A DNA stretch of 59,269 nt, filler included, from Squatina squatina (taxonomy: Eukaryota), in NCBI GenBank assembly GCA_031763465.1. It is 4 parts of 4 records of this genome, joined end to end, with 100 filler letters (N's around TTAATTAATTAA, not from the genome) between each part and the next. Parts side by side here need not be neighbours in the genome. Positions count along the whole stretch, not along the records: positions 1 to 15,679 come from JARFOE010000058.1; positions 15,780 to 30,525 come from JARFOE010000234.1; 2 more parts are not named here. One strand, 5' to 3'. The notes under the pieces were generated by a model. The model saw only the letters and a list, made by a program, of their open reading frames with translations. It searched no databases and was not told where the DNA came from. Shown here in pieces: positions 12,741 through 24,307 of this stretch (position 1 is its first letter; each line of letters begins with the position of its first letter). The position numbers were made by a program, and so were the translations under genes.

Positions 12741-13797
12741 CTCCCGTCCTCCCACACCACCCCACCCCCCCACGCCCCACCCCGCCGACCCCTTGAAGTG
12801 AGGGTACTGGAGACAAACATGGGCTCCATCAGTGGGTTGGGTTGGTGTTTTGGGTATAGGTCTTTTGTGAGAAAGCAGGGGAAGAGATTCCACCAGGGAG
12901 CTGGCCTATCTTTCCTCTTTTTCAGGGAACCGATTGACTTGTTGTGTATTTCTGTTTTTATTTCAAGTTTCCAGCGCTTGGAAATTTTTTATTTCCCACA
13001 TTTTCTTGCCTGTTTCATTTGCCTCCATTTTGAAGAGTTTGTTTGCGTATCTTTGAAAAGTACATCTCCTCTGTAAGAGCTGCAGGCTGGCTTTAAGTGG
13101 CAGTAGGCCAGCCAGCTGTCCCGCTCTGACAAATGGTGAGTTACCCATCAGCAGTGCCATTAGCAGCTGGCAACTCAGTTGTTCTATTTAAATGAGGCCT
13201 GACCACTAAAATTGATCGGGCCTCCCACCAACGTCTTGCGGAGGACAGAATGGACGCCCCACCACAATTGCCGTTACATTGTAAAATCAAGCCCTATGAC
13301 TCTTGCCTAGTACTTGAATGTTTGCTTCTTCATTTTAGTCACTATTAAGAGATTTGCTTACTTTCCAGCTCTGACAAAGTAGGGCAGAATGTCCTCAGGG
13401 CTCCTCCCCCTCCACCAGCGTAACTTTGGCAGAAGTTCAGTGGCAACCCCATTTACACACACGAGCAGGACATCTGCTGAAATTACGGCAGCAGAACAGG
13501 AGAAACAGCAAGGAAATCCAACCCCATGGTCTACAGAAGCTTGCTTCTTTTCAAATGCTGTGTAGCTGTGTATTTTGAAAATGTTATGTCTTTATTCTTT
13601 CTTGACAGCGGTTGGTGGAGGAATGCTGCGGAACCATACCATGGGATCTTTAGCTCTTTTAAATTTTGTTTAGTGCTGATGCACGACGAGTGGTAACCCC
13701 AAATTAAATCTATCAAATTCATTAAAGATGGCCTCAGGGAAAACCCAGTGTAAAACTTGTGCATTGNNNNNNNNNNGACACCAATATAAAAACAGCT

Positions 13798-13975
13798 TTA
13801 AACATCCACCTGAGTCAGCAGATATGCCTAAACTTAACATCTCAAGTGAAAGACAACACCTTCTACAAAGTAGCACTTCCTCCACATGTCAGCCTAGATT
13901 ATATGTTTAAAAACCAATATGGGCTTGAACCCAAAACTTTCTGATTCAAGTGACCAGAATGCTACTAACTGAAGT
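13798..13975 (-). mobile_element. SacSINE1-like SINE 5' half
   Basis: Reverse B box GGGCTTGAACCC and reverse tRNA head; similar to 4771-4930. Confidence 0.65.
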
Positions 13976-15029
13976 AAGTCTCTCCAACGAAAGCAAGCAT
14001 AGGCATGAAAACACTCTTAAAAATGGTGGGNNNNNNNNNNNNNNNNNNNNNNNNNNNNNNNNNNNNNNNNNNNNNNNNNNNNNNNNNNNNNNNNNNNNNN
14101 NNNNNNNNNNNNNNNNNNNNNNNNNNNNNNGTACTGATCAAGAAAGTTCTCTTGAACACACTTCAGAAATTATTCCCCCTCTCTACCGTTTACACTATTA
14201 CTATCCCAGTCTATATGGCTCCCTGTCTTGATTCTTGATCTCAACCAGGGCTGTGCAAGGGACACTACAATTCAAATCACTTTTTCAAATTTTACCTGCA
14301 GTCAATCCATCAACCACCCCCATATGGTGAAGAAGAAATGGTCACCAAATGTAAATCTCATTTTGTCAGACTGCTTCCTATCATATTTGCAAGCTGAAAA
14401 ATAGATAACGAGAGAAACATTAAAACAGTCAGGAAAAGGAAGTTGATATCCTGCTGGACATGGGGAGTTCATTACTGTGTACGTTTAGTCCGGGGTAAAT
14501 CTTGGCTGGCCAATAATATAGCACAGGAAATGAGCGGCAGGTCTCCAACTCATGGGAACAGCAGTTGAGTGGGTGTCTGTTATACACCACACATGTGGTC
14601 TGGGAATTGCACAAACAGTTTTCATCTCACCATATAAACAATGTCCAAGAAACAAGTTCATTAAATATTTATTTATATATTAAGGCATGTGATATAAACA
14701 GAACATACTGCGTGATGTAGCCACATAAGGTAAATATTTCCTCATAGGAGACTGACTGTAAACCACTATCTTCATGAAATAAAGTTTGGAATTTCTTTTT
14801 TATAAACACACAATGACTTAGGTACATGTCGATGAATTGCTTAATGCTACTGTGTTCCTATTGGGCATAGGTCCACTGCACAAAACTATCCCTAATTTGG
14901 CCTGACTGGAAATCTCAATTTAGAGAAAACACAGTATAACTGGTGTGAGACGTGGAAAACTATCACACTGTCCAGCAGGCAGCTGTCTTCTGAGGTGAGA
15001 ATTATTGTTGAGGCAGTGTAGAAGGAGAT

Positions 15030-15679
15030 TTAGGGCTAGAAATTGCGGAGCACCCTGTTTGAGGTGATAACTTTTGCGGGAGTGCAGAAGTATCACCGGG
15101 CAGTGAAGATTTGATTCTGCCAGGAACTTCTGCTTTAGTGTTCCAAGAGGGAAGTGGAATGCTAAATCAAGCGCTAACACGTCCCTTAGAGTGCTAACGG
15201 AAGTGAGGGGGCGGTATCGACAGAGCACTGAGCAATGTTTGGGGCAGCGTTGCCGGTTTTACAGGCTCCTTCCCTCCCTTTGAGGGAAGGGCCAATGCTG
15301 TGTTGAATGAATCCTCAGGCTGTGACTGTTGGGTGACAGAACCTGCGATACACGCAAAGTAGCCCCAAGCACTCTAAGAGAGTGCAGGGCTGAGCAATTG
15401 CAGGTGGAAAGGAAAGCAGGCGGCACCAGAACGGGAACATGAAGGCATTTTGCCCTACCTGACCACCACTGCCTTTAAACATCGCTTCCCAAGCTCCCCA
15501 GGCCAGCCGAGGTGACGACTCCTCCTGCAACTGCTGTTGTTGACAACCAGCGATGCTGCAGGGGCAGAAGCGAATATTGCATCCGGGGTGCCAACAGGGT
15601 GCTGCGCACTGGATGATGTCACGATCTACGGGGTGCACGAGATTGCGGCGGTAATTTTTAGCGCCAGCGCAAACCTGCC
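15030..15679. mobile_element. GC-rich Harbinger-like non-autonomous transposon fragment
   Basis: Terminal AGGGCTAGAAATTGC shared with 8803 and 35383; CpG-rich relative to flanks. Confidence 0.4.
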
Positions 15680-15779
15680 NNNNNNNNNNNNNNNNNNNNN
15701 NNNNNNNNNNNNNNNNNNNNNNNTTAATTAATTAANNNNNNNNNNNNNNNNNNNNNNNNNNNNNNNNNNNNNNNNNNNN
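15680..15779. other. Artificial scaffold spacer N44-TTAATTAATTAA-N44
   Basis: Palindromic six-frame stop linker at 15724-15735, centred in a 100-nt gap. Confidence 0.97.
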
Positions 15780-16429
15780 GAAGCTGAATGGCCTGCTCCT
15801 GTGTCTATGGTCTACATGACTCAACCTGAATAGGCATCCGCAGTATTTCGCTTTTGTATTACTGAATAGGCTTATTTTGTCTGGAGACAACTTAAAGAAG
15901 AATAGATTGTTGAGAGGCAGAAAACACTGAAGAACTTGGTACTGAAGAAAATGGGGGACAGGTTTCTCACAGCTTAATGAAATGCACACCCTGGTCCAGC
16001 AAGCGGTCATTAAATTTTGAACTTGTGCGTATGCAAGGGACAAGCTTGCAGGCAACACGATTGTCTGTGAGAGTGTTCCACAGGCAGGAGACAGCAGCGT
16101 GTGAAGATTGCCCCTGGTATCTTGTGCAGACCTTTTGGATTGATACAGAATGAAGTGCAGCTGTAGCAGCTCTCGGGTTCCTGGCAGAGATGGAAGTCTG
16201 GCTTTTAAGCATTAGCAACTCCTGTGGTGCTGCCCCAGTCATGATCCTGTAGAGGACTGACAGCCAAGCTACATCTCTCTGCTACAAAATTAAATTCAAG
16301 ATGTGCACACATGCAAAGAGAATCTATGTTTATCTGTTTCTGTGTAACAAGCTACAGTCTAGGAATGGAAAAAGTAGCATTACTATAACCACTCGCACAT
16401 TTTCATTAATAAATAATGAATGTAGAAAA

Positions 16430-17085
16430 ACCTCCCAAGGCGCTTCACAGAAGTGTAATCAGACAAAAATCGACACCGAGTTAAATGAGCATATGGTAGG
16501 AGGGTTGATTAAAACGTTGCTCAAAGAGTTAAGGGTAGAGAGGACAGAGGCGGGGAGGTTGAGGGAGGGAATTCTAGAAGTTAGTTCCTCGGCAGCTGAA
16601 GGTACAGCCACCAATGGCAGACCGATAAAAATCGGGGTTGCTCAAGAGGTAGGCTGACCAGACCTGAAGATATCCAAACCAGGACAATCAGTCTGCGCAT
16701 GCACAGTCGGGGTTCCGTCTCTCGCTCGCGAGAAACCAGGATATTTCTGCGATTTTCAGGTAATTGTTGGGACACCAGGATATTTGGTGAAAGTCCGGGA
16801 CTGTCCCAGCAAAACCGGGACATCTGGTCACCCTATCAAGAGGCCAGAATTGGAGGACCGCAGAGATCTCGGGGCGGGGGTGTGGTTGTGGGGCTGGAGG
16901 TGGTTACAGTGCTGGGGAGGGGGCGAGGTCCTGGAGGGATTTGAAAGCGAGGATATGTATTTTAAATTTAAGGCATTGCCAGACCGGGAGCCAATGTCGG
17001 TCAGCGCGCACGGGGGTGATGGGCGAACAAGGCTTAATGCAAGTCAGGATACGGGCAGCAGAGATTTGGAGGACCTGTAGTTTAT
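16430..17085 (-). mobile_element. L2 LINE 3' fragment carrying a nested MITE
   Basis: Minus strand encodes HWLPVWQCLKFKIHILAFKSLQDLAP (L2 LHWLP..I.FKI motif); homologous to 34060-34339. Confidence 0.85.
16650..16835 (+). mobile_element. hAT-type MITE, 186 bp
   Basis: TIRs TAGGCTGACCAGA / TCTGGTCACCCTA; perfect 8-bp TSD TCAAGAGG at 16642-16649 and 16836-16843. Confidence 0.9.
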
Positions 17086-18729
17086 NNNNNNNNNNNNNNN
17101 NNNNNNNNNNNNNNNNNNNNNNNNNNNNNNNNNNNNNNNNNNNNNNNNNNNNNNNNNNNNNNNNNNNNNNNNNNNNNNNNNNNNNTGTACGCTGTTGCAA
17201 CTGGTGGCAGATATTAAAATTAGTCTTCCTTAAATTTGGATTTGTAGATTGATCAATGCCACATTAACAAAATACCAAGGACACAGCCTGGGGACTCATG
17301 CAACCTACCGCATATGCTTAAGACATGCTCTTGAGATAATTTGGCTTAATCCACATTGAGAGATAAATTGCTCTCACTTACTATTAAGTGGAAAATTCAT
17401 CTGCTTTTAATATCAAGAAACAGGAGTCCATATTTCCTCACGAATTGTGAAAAAACTCAGGAAAATCAGATAAGCCATCCCCGCACTCCCACCCAAGCTG
17501 CAAGCAATACAATACCGTGCATTGTCCTCAGCGGTGATGACGCTGAGTACCGTCACTCCCTGATTTGCTGTGCACTCACGAAAGTGCTAAGTACCACATT
17601 GGCTCATCGTCCATATTGGCAAACACCAATCTGACAGAGCAGGAATCCCTTGAAATCAGGATTCCGTACACCAGATGAACCAACAGGCAATCTCAGAGGA
17701 CTAGTAGGTAGCTTGTATACAAAGAGAGTGTTAAAAGTNNNNNNNNNNNNNNNNNNNNNNNNNNNNNNNNNNNNNNNNNNNNNNNNNNNNNNNNNNNNNN
17801 NNNNNNNNNNNNNNNNNNNNNNNNNNNNNNNNNNNNNNTGTTTACTTTGGTGCTGTTGTCAACTGCACACAGGCCCCTACATCAGGAGTTCTCAGCACCA
17901 CGCTAATGTTAAAGCTCCTTCAGAGGTGAAAACACAAGACTTTATTCCCTTTGGATCAAAGCACGTACTCAGTTCAATGAACTCCAGAAGCTGGTCTAAC
18001 ATCTGCACTTCATAGTCCCCAGGACACACCTTTTAAACTGCTTTCAGTTCCTAATTGAGCACGACTTCAATTGCTTGATTTAACTTTTGCTTTTTAAACA
18101 TGATAAATTTGTACTCCAACTTCCAATCACCCCCCTCCCGCCCACACCCCCCAACATCGTTAATAAACAATCCTCCAGGGTTACTCGTCCATTCACAAGA
18201 ATCTATATATTTCTGCCGCGTCTTCTTGATGAAGAATGTGCAAAGACACCTTTGATTTGAGGAAGGCCCAGGGAATAATTTTATCACCACGAAGCTGCGC
18301 ATCTCTACGGAGAATACGCAGGTGGCCCGGCGGAGATAAATCTTTCTTTCTTCTCCCCCTGTCCCCCTCACTCTAACACTGAACCCATCAAATGCTCATT
18401 AATCTCCCAACAGTTCCTGGCCCCTCAGTCCAGACTGTCAGCAGTGCCATCTGAGAATTCGCGAGGCAAACTAATCATGATTTAGACAATGCATCATCTC
18501 GAAGATGTATCCAAGAGCAAGCACGATGGAAGTCCCTGGCATTATGCAGCTCGTCCAATGCTATGTATTGATTTTGTGCAATTATAGTACTCAAGGACAT
18601 GACATCTATGAAAAATATGGAAAAGGGACTTGCTCCTGCGATGCTTGAGAAAGGGAGAGAGAGAGAAAGAGAGAGAGAAAAACTGCTAGTGAGAGGACTC
18701 GGAATTTCAAAAGAAGCTTCTGAACTCAC

Positions 18730-19011
18730 CGTTCTCACTGTCCGACTTGTTGTTTTCATGCTCTGTGTCGGTCAGCGTGAGGGCCGAGTTGGAGCGACTG
18801 GATAGGCAGGAGCTGCGTCCGGATTTGACCCCCCTGCCNNNNNNNNNNATGGCGTGCTCCGGGGACATCACTCCTTCGTTTTCCGTGTCGGCGTCCGACC
18901 CTGCGTTCACGGAATATCCTCGGTGGGGGAGCCCCATCTCCGAGCAGAACGCCAGCCCCCGTCGAGTGGCAGGCTCACAGATTCCCAATTCCCTCAGGGA
19001 GAAATTTGCCC
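18730..19011 (-). CDS. TENM3: Teneurin-3, second coding exon (intracellular domain)
   Basis: [66 protein letters not shown] matches TENM3. AG acceptor at 19013-19012, GTGAG donor after 18730. The 10-N gap keeps the frame. Confidence 0.95.
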
Positions 19012-19911
19012 CTGTTGTGGGAATAATAGTGGAAGTGAGCTTTGTTTTTTTATCCCCTCCTCTCCTCCTTTTAAAATAAAAAAAAGCAAGCCAAAGCAAA
19101 TAAACACACACACACACAAACACACAAAGATTTTGGATTCAGTCAGGCATCATGGAGAGGTGTCTTGTTAAGCTTATGGTGTGAGGTGGTCGAGTCTTTT
19201 TCTTTTGTCTGCTGCATTCCAAAGCATTCACGCACATCCCAGCACCTCAGCCCTGCCTTGTCATCTCAAGCCCCTGTCACCTACATTCAGGTGTCAAACA
19301 AAAACAAGCTGGCAGGTATAGGAGATTTGGGGGCTGGGAGAATGCCTTACGAAGAGCTTAGGGACAATGGAGGGAGAATTGGATGGGCACACAATGTGTG
19401 AAAGCCGATAGCAGGCCTTTGTCTCAACTCCTCTGAGCTTGACCGCCGAAACAATGGTTTAGGTCCTTACCCAGACTGAATTAGCGATGACACCTGTCAT
19501 GAAGGAGCAGGGGAGAGGTTTGAAGGCTAAGATTCCTATCGTCAACATCGAACCGTTTAAAAGAATGTTCCGTCCTCATAGTGTTCCAGACCATTACAGT
19601 GATGATAAAATAACCAGAAACAGCTTGTCAGAGACTCTCTTAATTCTGCTTACAGAATTCTTTTATGTTTAAAAAAAATAGTTTTTTTCCCCCCTTTTGG
19701 GTCCTTCCCTTCAATTCCAGCACATTGCCCAAGCAGCCTGCATCAAGGCTTCTATCAATGTTGTTTTGTATCTTAACACCTAACATAATGGCCCGGGTGC
19801 TGTAGCTGTTCNNNNNNNNNNNNNNNNNNNNNNNNNNNNNNNNNNNNNNNNNNNNNNNNNNNNNNNNNNNNNNNNNNNNNNNNNNNNNNNNNNNNNNNNN
19901 NNNNNNNNNNN

Positions 19912-19963
19912 CGCGCCTGTTTTTCGTGAGGGAGCAGTAAGGCCTACGTTCTTTCACATCCAT
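19912..19963 (-). CDS. TENM3: Teneurin-3, first coding exon (partial, cut by gap)
   Basis: MDVKERRPYCSLTKNRR is the TENM3 N-terminus. An upstream acceptor (TTTTGTCTTGTCCAG) places the exon start at 20035, with 5' UTR. Confidence 0.95.
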
Positions 19964-20559
19964 ACTTCAGGCATTATGTGTCCAAGCTTCCACTGTCTCG
20001 CTCTAATCTCCTCTCGACGCTCAACTCAGCAAGACCTGGACAAGACAAAAACAAAGAATGGTCACAAGGAGCATGTATCTAATGCGCACCGCATGGCCTT
20101 TGCCATGACTCACTTTTTCAATGTTGCCCAGAGCTCACGGCTTTTCCAGCAGACACGAGGAGCAGGGATCATCTCACAAAGTGACTCATTGAAATGCAAA
20201 AATATGTGGATCTGTGTTTTTAACATTTGAATTTCTCCCATGACTGCAGCATCACCTACAAAGCCCATCCCTGAGGTAGTTAACAGATCAACTGACAGTG
20301 TCTGCTCTCTTCATTTTCACATTTGTAACAGCTGAGAAAATAATGAAACAAGGGAACATTGAGGCAGGTAAAAGGATTAGCAAGTAAGAGAGAACACCTC
20401 CATTTATAGTGGGACTGCAATGGAGAGGCAAAGATGGACCTCAGCAACCTCTGTTGGCTTGGCTCCAAAATGGCAGGTTTAGCACCATTTCCATGACAAG
20501 AATTGTCAGATTAATTTGGGGTTTCCAGTGGTCACTCAAAAAAGCATGCCCACACCAGT

Positions 20560-21190
20560 ACCAATATTAAAGGAGTGTTCACCTTCTTGTCACCATACTG
20601 TCTCTATGTCCCAAGAGATTGCGGTTTATGAATTATGGGGCAGTCTTGGAATTTGATTAACAAAGCCCAGTTCCAATGCAAAGTTGACGTGAGTTAATTT
20701 AATTGAAATGACCTATTCTCTCCTTCACATTCCAGGTGTACCACAGTTACATCTCTACATAGCATTTTCTCGGATACTGAGGGGATTCAACTAATGTGGG
20801 AGTCTGTAAATGCACGTGATGGCAGTGCTGGTGACCGATGATCTGCAATATCTGGATGGTAACCCTACACATGATGTGAAAAGACAAATTGCATTGGAAA
20901 CTGCTTGAGCAAGCTTGCTGATATGGGGAACTGATGCCACACATTTAGAAAAAAAGGCACCTAATCTTACAGATGATCAGATAATACAGGAAAACCTGGG
21001 TCGATAGTGCTGTCAGAACTCCTTTCATATGTATATGCCGTTGTTGGCGATGAAGCCATTCGTTTACCATTGACATCACTGACCTAATGTAAAATGACCC
21101 TGTATGGACCACCAGAAATGAGTCCCAGAGGTGGTTACTGTATCCAGGTTTTACAGCCACTGATCTCTGCTTATTCGACCACCTGATGAA
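20560..21190 (-). mobile_element. Possible highly decayed Harbinger transposase remnant
   Basis: Only scattered motif echoes (AVK...TGSF, QFV..H) across frames; weak. Confidence 0.25.
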
Positions 21191-21953
21191 TAACTACGTG
21201 CTTTGACAAATAGAAATTGAAAATTTGAACAATTTTCAATGTACATTGATAATACTGGCTTCCCATCTACTTGTTTCCTCTGGTCTAATTACATAGTCAC
21301 TTTCTGTCTATCATAACTTTAGTCATATCTGTCCAATTGATATACAGTTGGACTTTGAAATTTTTTTTAGTAAAGTTTGAGAAGTGTACTGTGTTAGAAA
21401 GGAGGCTCAGTTTTTTAAAAAATCTTTACGTGCAAGACTATTTTTGCTGAGAGTTTGGACACATACAAAACTCCAGGCCGATCAGACTCCTCGTTTAGAA
21501 CAATGAAACACAATGGATTTCTGTGCTGCTCATAAAATCATATGAGCAGAAACTTGACAGCTGTCCAATTCTACAAAAATGCTAGAAAATGTCTTGAATT
21601 CCACAGAATTTCTTGCAGTCATGCCCCTACATACTGGAAAAATAAACAATAATGCCAGCTGTAAATACTGCAGACATTTTTGAGCCTACAGCTCAGATTT
21701 TCCATCAGGAAGCAATTTCTGCCAGAAGTGTGGCGGGGTNNNNNNNNNNNNNNNNNNNNNNNNNNNNNNNNNNNNNNNNNNNNNNNNNNNNNNNNNNNNN
21801 NNNNNNNNNNNNNNNNNNNNNNNNNNNNNNNNNNNNNNNCACATAGAGCTCAATTTTTCATCCAGTGGGCAGAATCAGGTTTGCCAGCAGAAAATAATCT
21901 TTCCCAAGAATCCTTTCAATTGCCTCTTCCAAATGCTATCCACCAGATTTGAA

Positions 21954-22065
21954 TGAGAGAGAGAGAGAAAGAGGTGGGGAGAGAGAAAAAAGGAAAGAAA
22001 GGAAAGAGAGAGAAACAGGGAAAACGAGAGAGAAAGGAAGGAAGTAAAGAAAGAAAGAAAGAACA
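21954..22065. repeat. GA/GAAA-rich simple repeat
   Basis: Purine tract seen directly. Confidence 0.9.
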
Positions 22066-23034
22066 AACTTGGCAGCTGCTGCGAACGGTTAGGCTATGAA
22101 AATCATAATTTTGGAACAGTGCCCTACAACAAATGGTGGCCTGCTGGACAATGACAATATTCTACGTGGACATGAAGTGAATAGACGGATAGAACGCCAC
22201 AAAGCCAGTTCTGTTTTAAGCAATTTCATTGCCAGCATTTCATCTTTCTTGGAGACTTAATTACAGCCAGTGCTTGGCGTTGTTGAGAATTAATTATAGC
22301 TGTGATGAAGCCTTCAAGAGAGACAAAACATTGATGATAAAATTCACGATGAAAATGCATAGAGAACAGTTTATTGTATCCAGCACATACGAAAGAGGTC
22401 GATTCGCCATTGGCTCTAAATCTGCATCTAATGGCACTTACAAGTGAGCTACCTGCACTTCTCCTGGTATCAGACTGATTGGTACGATTTACTGAATGAA
22501 GTGCTCGTGCCCCGAAGTGCAGATGGCTTGTTTAAATGCCTATTAAAAGCTAAAATGTCTCTTTATTCATTTCTATGGCAGCCTATTCTAATAAGTAATA
22601 ATGATCAGATGAATGATTAACAGACCATTATTAATAGAGAATACAGTCAAAAAACTGTGGTTTCTGAGCTTATTCCAGTAATCTATCCTTGAGTACTCAA
22701 CTAAGAAAACAGCCTGTGGAGGGAAGCGCCGATGAAAGGAAGATGGGGGGATATCAATGCAAACTACTCTCGGAGAAGTCTCAAAGCAGATTGTCTCCTG
22801 CATTTCCTGCCAAGAAACNNNNNNNNNNNNNNNNNNNNNNNNNNNNNNNNNNNNNNNNNNNNNNNNNNNNNNNNNNNNNNNNNNNNNNNNNNNNNNNNNN
22901 NNNNNNNNNNNNNNNNNNTATCACGCAAAAGTGCTGCAAGACAGTAGCATGTGTGACAATGGAGGCCCCTTCACAGTGCCTGCCATTCACTGTAATTGCT
23001 TCATTATCATGTGCTACTCGCTTTAAAAACACAA

Positions 23035-23226
23035 TGGGGTAGACCCTGACTTGCTGCGATGGTGTAAAGCGGCTCATAGCAAATCGGTGGTCTGTTTTCC
23101 ATCTCTCCCCATTTTCATATCCGTTGACTCCAATGGTGATAAAAACGGGGAGGGGAGGGGGAAATGTGAAGTGGCCTGCCTGCTCACTTTCACCCGCTTT
23201 ACGCACAAAGTCAAAGTCGACTCCAA
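23035..23226. mobile_element. Palindromic MITE (Harbinger-like)
   Basis: Imperfect inverted ends GGGGTAGACCCTGACTTG..TGTAAAGCGG and CCGCTTTACG..CAAAGTCAAAGTCGACTCC. Confidence 0.55.
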
Positions 23227-24174
23227 ACTCTTCAAGTGCTTTCCAAAACGAGGGGAACTCGCGTCTCATTAAAGAGAAGTTTTCTTTAAAGCTGGCATGC
23301 ACTCACAGAAATGTGAGTGTCTGTCACATGCAGGAATTGGCGACACCAAGCGCCACTGAAGCAGGTGGTGGGGATCTTTATTCCAGTCCTCATTATGTCT
23401 CATCTCTCAGAAGGTTTCAATGAAAGCCTTTTGTGGGGCTTTCCACTCACATGCACATTCTTTTTATAAACTCACCACCGCCTCAAGCAGCAGAAAACAT
23501 TACGATTGTTCCTTAAAGTATATTTCCGTCCTTCGACTGATCATTTTGCTGCCTTTAAAAAGCTCGCTAATGGATAGTGCAGTAATATTCCCGGAAGGTA
23601 AAACTACTGTGAACCTTGGACAGACTCAGAGGTCAATAATGCAATGTGTGCTGATGGCAGGCCTGCTGTGCCTTTAGACACGGTTGACCTGTATTATTAG
23701 CGCTGAGGCTTGCTCTACATCAATCAGTAAAGCCCCTCAAAAAATGCTAATGGAAGTGATAACCCATTTAAAAACCTGAGGAATAAAGCACACGCAGCTA
23801 TCAAACTCCTGGTGGAGCAGACCAAGATGAGGTGAACTCCCCAGCCTTTGGTACTTTTTGTGTGACGGTTATGCACAGCTTACTCCTAACAAGCAGATAT
23901 GTTCGAATGAGGCATACAAAACAAAAATGCAAGCCACCCAAGAGTTTAGCCCAGAAGCCACGTGCTGTGAGTCTATGAACGTACAGCACCATGCTTGGTA
24001 CTGGTTGCTTGCAACATTTAAAGGGTCACAAGTCAAAGGCGTTGGTATGGCAGCAAAACAGGCTGTCCTGGCAAAACCAAGGGCACAGCTGTGCATTTAG
24101 AAAGTTGGAGAACAGTGCCGTGCACTCTTCCTCTGCAATACTCCACCAAGCGTACAGTAAAGTGCTGTTAGGGT

Positions 24175-24307
24175 TAGAGTGGCCAGACGTTCCAGTTTGG
24201 CCGGGACAGTCCCGGTTTTTCGGAACACGTCCCAGTGTCCTCGACACCTTCAAATTGCTCAAATGTCCCGGTTTCTGGGAGCGAGATCTTCAGATCCAGT
24301 CACCCTC
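24175..24307 (-). mobile_element. hAT-type MITE, 133-bp internally deleted copy of 16650-16835
   Basis: Ends TAGAGTGGCCAGA / TCCAGTCACCCTC; perfect 8-bp TSD GTTAGGGT at 24167-24174 and 24308-24315; reverse-complement similarity to the first copy. Confidence 0.85.

Noticed and set aside
15724-15735. TTAATTAATTAA as a biological motif or piggyBac site
   Set aside because: Identical, centred in exactly 44+44 Ns, three times; a synthetic linker.
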